A stretch of DNA of 64,000 nt from Paraspadella gotoi (Eukaryota; Animalia; Chaetognatha), in contig CM119263.1 in assembly GCA_051294375.1 (NCBI GenBank), positions 16,967,114-17,031,113 on the forward strand. The letters run 5' to 3'. Shown here in pieces: positions 54,139 through 64,000 of this stretch. The notes under the pieces were generated by a model. That model was not told the origin of the DNA. It did not search any database and saw nothing but the letters and a program-made list of their open reading frames with translations. Both the position numbers and the translations under genes were made by a program. Position 1 is the first letter of the stretch; each line of letters begins with the position of its first letter.

Positions 54139-55232
54139 GAGAGGAGAGAGAAAGGAAGGGGAAAGACCACTTGTAAACATGGGGCTTCAACAGTTGGACC
54201 TAATTTATTGATCAGTAGCTTAAGTTGGGCCGAAACAAACTTCCGGCTAAAGAATTAAAAGCCGAAATAAAATTCTCAGACTTAAATTTGCATGAAAATT
54301 TCAAGCAGTTAACTGTTAAGCGTTTTGAGCCGGATCTGCTCACAGCAGATTCCGACTCTATAATTCAATTTGTCGGTCCGTCCGATCATGTCAGCACATC
54401 AAATTATGATAATGATCGTAATGATAATGATCGTGGGCAGATCTGGCATTGTTTGCTCAAACTTGTTGAGTCAGCAGCAGCCCTGTCCGAAGTGCGGGTC
54501 AAGGCGGGAGCGTGGAAACATTTGCAGGTGGTTAGTGCGTATATAAAACGAGCTTTACCGCAGAGAGTGATTAGAAAGGAGGGGTAATGGAGACGTAACC
54601 TCGAATGTCCATTACAGGGCGCCCGCGGTCGAATGGGCGTGTCGAGCCAAAGGCCATCTCGCGGTTTTTCGACGCAAAGATTCAAAAGTGAAAAGAGATT
54701 TTTTTTCTTTTTTTCTTTCCTTTTGGCTCTCGACTTTTTTGAGTGTTGAGTTTATTCCTTCTTTCCTCACTTCATCCTTTTCAAAAGATGCAAAGGCGTT
54801 GATTGGATATAAACTCCGCCTCTCTCTCTCTCTGCATCTCGTCTTCTCGTTCTCTCGTACGCCTCGTCTTCTCTCATCTCCTCTCTCCTCGTGGGTTTTT
54901 CGAATGAAAAAAAAATTAAGATAAAACGGGAATCAAAGGGTTCGCATAATAACGAAGTGAGTCAAGGCCAGAGTCGTTCATCATCTGCTTTACCTGCCTT
55001 TCTCTTTCCTCTCTATCTCTCTCTCTCTCTCTTACCTCCCTTTTATTTGCTCTCAACTTGAATTTAAACTCTGTTTTTGTTTGTTGTTTTTTTTAATAAG
55101 GTTTTAGTGATGAAAGCAAAGCTTACTTTTCATATAAGTCATGGAAACATTTTAAAATATTTTGTTCTAGGGACTGAAGAATTTAGAATTTTAATAAGGT
55201 TGTTTTTTAAACTCTACTGATTGATTGGTTAT

Positions 55233-55831
55233 TAAGGCGTAGTAAAATTTCTAAATTTAACTTTAATTAAAATTCTAAATGTGAGGAACGAACAAAATTA
55301 TACATTTATGTAATAAAAAATTATAATAAATTTTACAATTTATGCAGTAGGCCATATTTATACTTGTACTAAACCAATAAATGTTAAAATTTTAAACGTT
55401 TTTTCTAAGATTTTTTTTGCAGATTTGGATTCGTCATAAAAAGTTGGTAAAAAAGAAATATACTCTTTTTCAAAAATTTCTTCATTAAGTGGGTCAAAAA
55501 TTAGAAAAAGCTATATTTTAAGCTGAAAATTAACTTTTTATATATTAAATATAGTTTTTTTAATTTTTAACCCACTTAATGAAAGAATTTTTAAAATGAT
55601 TTATATTTTCTTTATCAACTTTTGATGAGGAATTCAAATCTGCAATCAAAATTAAAAAAAGCCTATTTTGAAATTTTTCGATTTTATAAGGATAGTACTA
55701 TATATAAATATAGCCTACTGCGAAAATTAAAAAACAATAAAATTAATTTTTTTACAAATTAATGTTCACTGAGGTATGTTGTTCAATAATTGACTTTTAG
55801 AATTTTCGTATGTAACTTTCACTACTCCTTA
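55233..55831. mobile_element. 599-bp palindromic (fold-back) MITE with 8-bp TSD
   Basis: TSD ttggttat at 55225-32 and 55832-39. Ends are taaggcgtagtaaaattt / aactttcactactcctta. Nested inverted arms: gcagtaggc/gcctactgc, ttgcagattt/aaatctgcaa, ttcattaagtgggt/acccacttaatgaa. Confidence 0.9.
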
Positions 55832-55892
55832 TTGGTTATGTGTTTTTTTTTCTTTCCCTTTTCTTTCCCTTTTCTTTCTTTCTCTCTTTCCT

Positions 55893-55976
<84 letters not shown>

Positions 55977-57066
55977 TATTTATTTCTTTCTCTCTTTCTT
56001 TCTTTCTGTGAATTTTTATTTAACTTTTAAAAAAAGAAGAAAGAGGCTTAAATATGAAAAAGTAACTGATAAGATAAAAAAAAGTGAAACCGTTTTATCG
56101 CTTAGCCTTAAGACCTAAATTGGCGCAAACGAAAATCTCTCTTCGGAATTAATAGTCGTTATATGGGCTTCATTTATGCCGCTATTTTTGCCCTGATGTT
56201 TAAAAGAAAGAGAGAGAGCGAGAGAGAGAGCCATAGTGAAATGCAGGAAATTGTGATGAATTTATAAAAATGATGAAGTCAACCATATTGGCTACATACA
56301 ATTCAGTTAGAACTAAGAAATAATAAAAATATCAAACAATCAATTGGCTTCCTCGCCGCTCAATCAGTGATTCCGACAGAATTCCCCGATTCCGATTGAA
56401 GGAGAAAAAAAAACCGGAATTTGATTTAAAAACATAAACACATGGAATAAAAGAGGAAAAAGCTAAAGGAAAATCTCGGCGGTGCGAGACCGAGATGACG
56501 ACGACGACGACGATAAGGATGACGTCGACGATAAATAACTATTCCAAATTTTAAATAATTGATTGAAGCGAATTAAAACATGAAATTACAAAAAAAATTT
56601 TAGAGATACTACAATCAAGATACGATCCGGTTGACGTTAACTATCACAGTCGGGCACGAAAATATCAACGATAACGACGATCCCGAAGTCTAGAAATGGC
56701 TAAGTATATCAATATAGCAGCGACGATGCTGACGACTCCTGAGAAGACGACGACGACGAATATTCGTGGAACAGAAAATCTTTATCTCGCGGGAGAGAAA
56801 CTCTTTTTCTCTTTTTTCACATCATTTTTCGCTTAAAAGAATAAAAAGAATGAAAAAGAGAAGCAAAGAATTTCATTTCTTTTGCCCAAAAGAAAAAAAA
56901 AGGCGGAAAAAAAAATGGCCAGAGATAATCGGCAGAAACGGGAGAGAATGTGGGGTAATGGCGGCAGGGTGGAGGTGGCCAGGTGGCCTAATGTGGCGGG
57001 TGGGGTTTGAAATAAGAAGAGATAGAATAAAGGAGTGGGATGACCGGATGACGGGGCATGGGGTAG

Positions 57067-59412
<2,346 letters not shown>

Positions 59413-59437
59413 NNNNNNNNNNNNNNNNNNNNNNNNN

Positions 59438-62112
59438 GATGAGCGACATGCAGGGATTCAGATAGTGGAAGAACCCTGACTTATTAAACCAACGCATTGT
59501 ACATATTTGCTTAAGAATTGGTGTGAGCGGACTGCAGCTGTGTTTTAAAAATAGTGCCAGGTGTGACCAAAGCGTGATCCGAAGAAAGAATCGGCAGACG
59601 TCGACTTCCCGACACAGAAATATTGCGCGAGGAAAAATGTGCCTAAAAGGCGATCAGGAAGGGACCCCAAGGAAGCGAGGGAGGCGGACCGCCGCGAACA
59701 AAACTACGTCATTCCACAAGGTGCAAGGAAAGAACGAGAGAGGAGAGGATGGAGATGAGGAGACAGCAGAGAGAGAGGGACGAGAGAGAGAGGAGGAGAG
59801 AGAGAGAGAGAGAGAAAACAGAGAGAGGCAGAAAAGAGAGAGCAGAGAGACGAGAGATGATAGTAGGGGCGGAGTGGGGAAACGAGTGCATCGTGGCGCA
59901 CGAGACATCGAAGATTTGATGGAAGCGGTTCTTGACAAATGAGCGATTGGGGGACCAATAGCCAGTGTTGCATTACGAAAGGACAGGCTGAAAACAATGG
60001 GAATTTGATGATAGAGAAAATTGCCCACGGTCCTGAAATATTTTCAAACATACTCAGGGCGAATAAACCTAAACAAGTTTCCCACAGTTTTAAAAGATTT
60101 AATAAAATATCGCTTAAAAAATCTTCTAAACATCTTTTGTTTACTGTAAAATAATTATACCATGGATACATTGATACAACGTCTGTAACAAAAACCAAAA
60201 TTCAAAAAAACATCGTAAAAGATGTTCACCATGGGAAAAGTAAAGATAATCCAAACAATAGAACACAAAGGTGGAACCTGAAAAAGCCATTAAAGAAAAA
60301 TTGCATAAACGTGGAGCCACGGAGAATTCTATAGATAAAGACACATACAATGCGCGTTAAATGGAATTGGGGCTGAGCAAAGAGAGTTAATTGAATGCGA
60401 AATGGAATGGATAGACGCTGGACTGAAAGTCAGCGTGTTAGAAAAATGCGGTTTGGGTTTAAAGTGCGCGGCCAAGTGAGCCTTTGCAACGGTGAGGGAT
60501 GGCGCAGGGAAGTCTTTCGTATTGTTGCGGAAGTATGAAAGAGTCGCGCTGATGAATTCAAGTATTTTGCGCGTTTGTCACGCGCAGATGCTTTGGCCCA
60601 CTACGCGCGCCCGTCCGTCTCTACAATATGAGAAAAAAATTAGCCGTGCGCAGGGAGTTTAACTTTATGAACTTTGAAATTACAATGGCAACGTAAGCCG
60701 GCAGGAATGAGGAGGGAAAAATGTAAAGGACGCTTCGTTGTCAGGTGCGAGCATCGTTGCTGCTCAGGCTGTCAGAGGGAGAGGGAAACGGTTCTTCTTG
60801 CGACCGAGATTAAGACCCAGGAATGCGGCGCCGAACGCGGGCGACAAGACGCAACTGACATGTTAAGAAAGCAAGTCGCCAACAGAAAGGAAAAGCAATC
60901 GGGCGCCAGCTGCGGAAAAGGTAAGCAAAAGGCGCGAACAGTGCATGACACATTGAACATTGCTGCACAAGCAAGAAATAGAAGCTGGACACAAGACGCC
61001 CAACAAAAAAGATGTGAAAAAAAGGCGCATAGAGAAAGGTAAGCAGAAGGGCCAACTGGAAAAGCTCGGCGACTGCAGCGACTGTTCGCTCCTCTTCAAA
61101 TTTCTTGGCCCGGAGCAAAGACAGTATGGGACTTTTTGAAAAATTGGACTCGAATTTCGGAAAATAAGGTTTTGTTCCATCCGGAGAAGCTAATTAAATG
61201 CGGCGACAAATAAATAGGGAAGGGTAGCGATCCGTCGGCTTCTGAAGAGCGGCTGATAATGCGACGGCAAACATTGTGATAGGCAAAGCCGAGAGTATGT
61301 GATAGCGAAAGCGAGGTCGTGGTAATGAAAGCAGAGGTTGAGCAGGACTATGATACGACATGGTAGTCTACGTATTCAACGCTCCTGAGAGAGAAAGACT
61401 TGAATTTGCGAAGTTTGAGCAATCCCGCGCCGCGACGACGGGAAAACGACGACGCACGACGACAAAGAACGAACGAAAGATAAGACAACGACCGATCGAC
61501 GACGACAAATTGATGTTGAGGCAAATGAAAACGACGCGCACGTCAACCGAATTGTTTTGCGACGGTAATCGAACGACGTTGACGACGAAAGCTGACAACT
61601 ACGAAGTCGAAAGAACGAAAAAATATGATTGAGCAATTACGACTATCCTGGTTAGATTGTTGCAGGGTTGGATGAGCATAATAATCATATGGCATAATGA
61701 GAGATAGCGCAGACAAGGAGAATTAAGGGAGGAGAAGACGCATAAAATTCCGGATCACATCTTCAGTTGGCGATTTTGCATGACGCCCTTGATTGCCCCT
61801 GATTGCCGAGCGACGACTAACAAATATGACCAATCCTCCAGCATGAAATTGAGGCGGCGAAAACGACAAAGCCCGAATGAAATGAGAAGACCGACGAACT
61901 AAGGCGAACATTACGCAGACGACATAAACAGAAGTCGGAGGGGCGAGCCGGCGAGCGGAGCGCAGTCTCTTCTTTCCGTCCGGCTCGATGGGGCAACCGC
62001 TCGTTCTCGTGGGGCGGAACGTGCGTTGCTCCGCCGTAGAATGCGGAAGGATGAATGAGACCGCGAGCGCTTCGATTCGTTCCATCATTAAACTGGTATT
62101 CTTCTTCGTCGC
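59438..62112 (+). repeat. Very noisy, insertion-rich copy of 57067-59412 (looks like an unpolished long read)
   Basis: About 330 bp longer than the first copy through scattered single-base insertions; starts at the 25-N gap. Confidence 0.9.
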
Positions 62113-63524
62113 GACGCCCGACGTTTCGAGCCTCTCTCTCTCTCTCGTCTCTCTTCTCTCTCTCTTCCTCTCGTCTCTCTGCTCTCCTCTCTTCTCTCTC
62201 TCTCTCTCTCTGCTCTCTCTCTCTCTCTCTCCTCTCTCTCGTTTCTCTTCTCTTTCTAGCGGTTACGAGGACGGATTTTTCGCAGACGAATTAGAGGACG
62301 ATTTTGAGGACGAAGGGACCTGAAGGTCTCGAGACTGGGAATTGAGTGGGAGTAAGGGGGGTGTCTTCCAGTCTCTCGTTTTCAAAGTTTTGAATTTTGA
62401 GTCTTCTGGATTTCGTAGTCGAAATGAGGCCGGGAAAATGGGTTGGTGGGAACCCTAATTACAATTTCGAGGGAAAAAAATGAAATGATAAGACGAAGTA
62501 TCGCTCAATCGTCGTTAAGCGAGCATAATTTCGGCATTGTCAGATTTAACAAGTCTTTTTTTTTTTTGTTGTTGAGTGACTGTAATCGTTCTATTCATTC
62601 CCTCTCTTTTTTTTCCTTTATCCTTTCCATTTATTTTTATTTAGTTCCTTTCCCTTTCCTTTACTTCCTTTAATTTTCCTTTACTTTTATGTCTTTACTT
62701 TTCCCTTTTTTTCCCCCTTCTTTCATTCCCTTTTCGCTCATTCTTATGCCCATTTTCGTCTCTGCAACTTAATATTTCTTGAAAGAAATAAGGAAGACAA
62801 AAACTAGAATGATTAATACGATTTTAAGTTTTACTCAACCGAAAAGAAATTTTGGAGCGAAAAAAAAAATGTAGCCAAGAAAATGAAGTTTTTCTCTTTT
62901 TCCATCTGCGTAAAAAGAAACGCGAGATTGGATGGTTTCTCTGGGGGGGAAAAGGGATGAGCCATGAGGCGTTAGTGGCGAGATGGAAAGGGAGAATAAC
63001 AAAAGGCAAAGAGAGAAAGAGAAGTTTAGTAAAAGCGACTGAAAAAAGATATAGTAAAGGGGAGAACAAAAAAAAAAGAACATAATGAAAAAACGAACAG
63101 AAAATGAGAAAAAAATAATATTGTAAAAAGTAGAAAAAAGTCAGAAACGACGGGCGGGTAAGGCGCGTCATGGGAGGAGGGTAAGGGCTAAAAAAAAATC
63201 AGCCAGAACCGAAGCCAAGATTATGATGGCTAAGAGGAAAAACCTCAAGTCAAACTGCGCGCGATGAATCGGGCGAACGATAAACTGAAAATGGCCCTCG
63301 GCGCTGGAGAGAAAAGAGGGAGAATATGGGAGGTCATCAAAGCGGCTGTGAAAATAATGACGGCGTGGAATATGGAATCAGGCGTCTAAGGAGTTCGCCT
63401 GGCGGTTAAAGAAGAGCTTTTATCGGGCGTGGGCACGAGGTGTCTCGAGTACAACAGCACTCACGTTGCTGGCGGAGGATTTTATTCTTTTATTCGATTC
63501 AATGTTAATATCTAATGAGTAGAG

Positions 63525-64000
63525 TACTTGGCTTCCCTATCAATGAAGTGGAAAATATTTCAAAGAATGTTTCAATTGTATGAAAAGACCACTCCCTTAA
63601 GTATTAGATCGGGGAATACTTATTGTAACTCCGCACTAGCATCCAAAATACAGAGGAGCTTGAATTTTATGAAAATTGGTACAAGACCAATATAAAAATT
63701 ATCCATTCATTTAATAAATAAGCTATCTTGCCCCTGACTTTTGGACAGGCTTTTGGTGGTTTAAGGCCTCCATCACTCTTACAAGATAATGACATAGCAG
63801 GTCCCTGCAAGCTTTCAATCAAGACTGCTCTCAGCAGTCCCGTTTATTTCACTCGCCAGATACTTGGCTTCCCTATCAAATGAAGTGGAATTTATTTTCA
63901 AAGAATGTTTCAATTGTATGAAAAGACACTCACCTTAAAGTATTAGATCGGGGAATACTTATTGTACTCCGCACTAGCATGCAAAATACATAAGTGAGCT
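63525..64000. repeat. Start of a ~335-bp tandem repeat or duplication running off the window
   Basis: tacttggcttccctatcaa..gaagtggaa at ~63526 and 63861; collinear up to the window end. Confidence 0.85.

Noticed and set aside
54430-54520. gggcagatctggc resembling the 7SK 5' end
   Set aside because: The rest of the 7SK stem pattern and a Pol III terminator are not evident
62320-62380. gaaggtctcgagactggg resembling RNase P CR-I
   Set aside because: No downstream CR-V/P4 partner; only a local hairpin
63780-63845. Minus-strand hammerhead-like CTGAGAG...GAAA...GTC
   Set aside because: The core is not CUGANGA and stems I/III do not close; a simple hairpin explains it

Overview
AT-rich, CpG-undepleted, microsatellite-dense animal (probably invertebrate) genomic DNA from a noisy long-read, gap-filled draft assembly. 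It has six 25-N gaps and one 10-N gap. Roughly 17 kb is near-identical duplicated sequence, mostly next to gaps and differing mainly by 1-nt indels, so probably assembly redundancy. Nearly all ORFs in the supplied track are translations of (AG)n/(CT)n/(GAC)n/(TTTC)n repeats, and I recognise no intact named gene. Supportable content: (1) a frameshifted minus-strand multi-exon RING-finger (possibly TRIM-like) gene or pseudogene at ~1.6-3.0 kb; (2) a frameshifted Thr-rich repeat exon; (3) an internally deleted Tc1 element with D35E spacing; (4) a 599-bp fold-back MITE with an 8-bp TSD; (5) several satellites and dispersed repeats. The most interesting item is a 245-bp hairpin-rich insertion at 48383-48627. 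It is flanked by an AATACT direct repeat and carries a type-P5 twister-ribozyme-like core, making it a candidate twister-bearing small non-autonomous retroelement (retrozyme-like). All calls were made by eye, without database searches.
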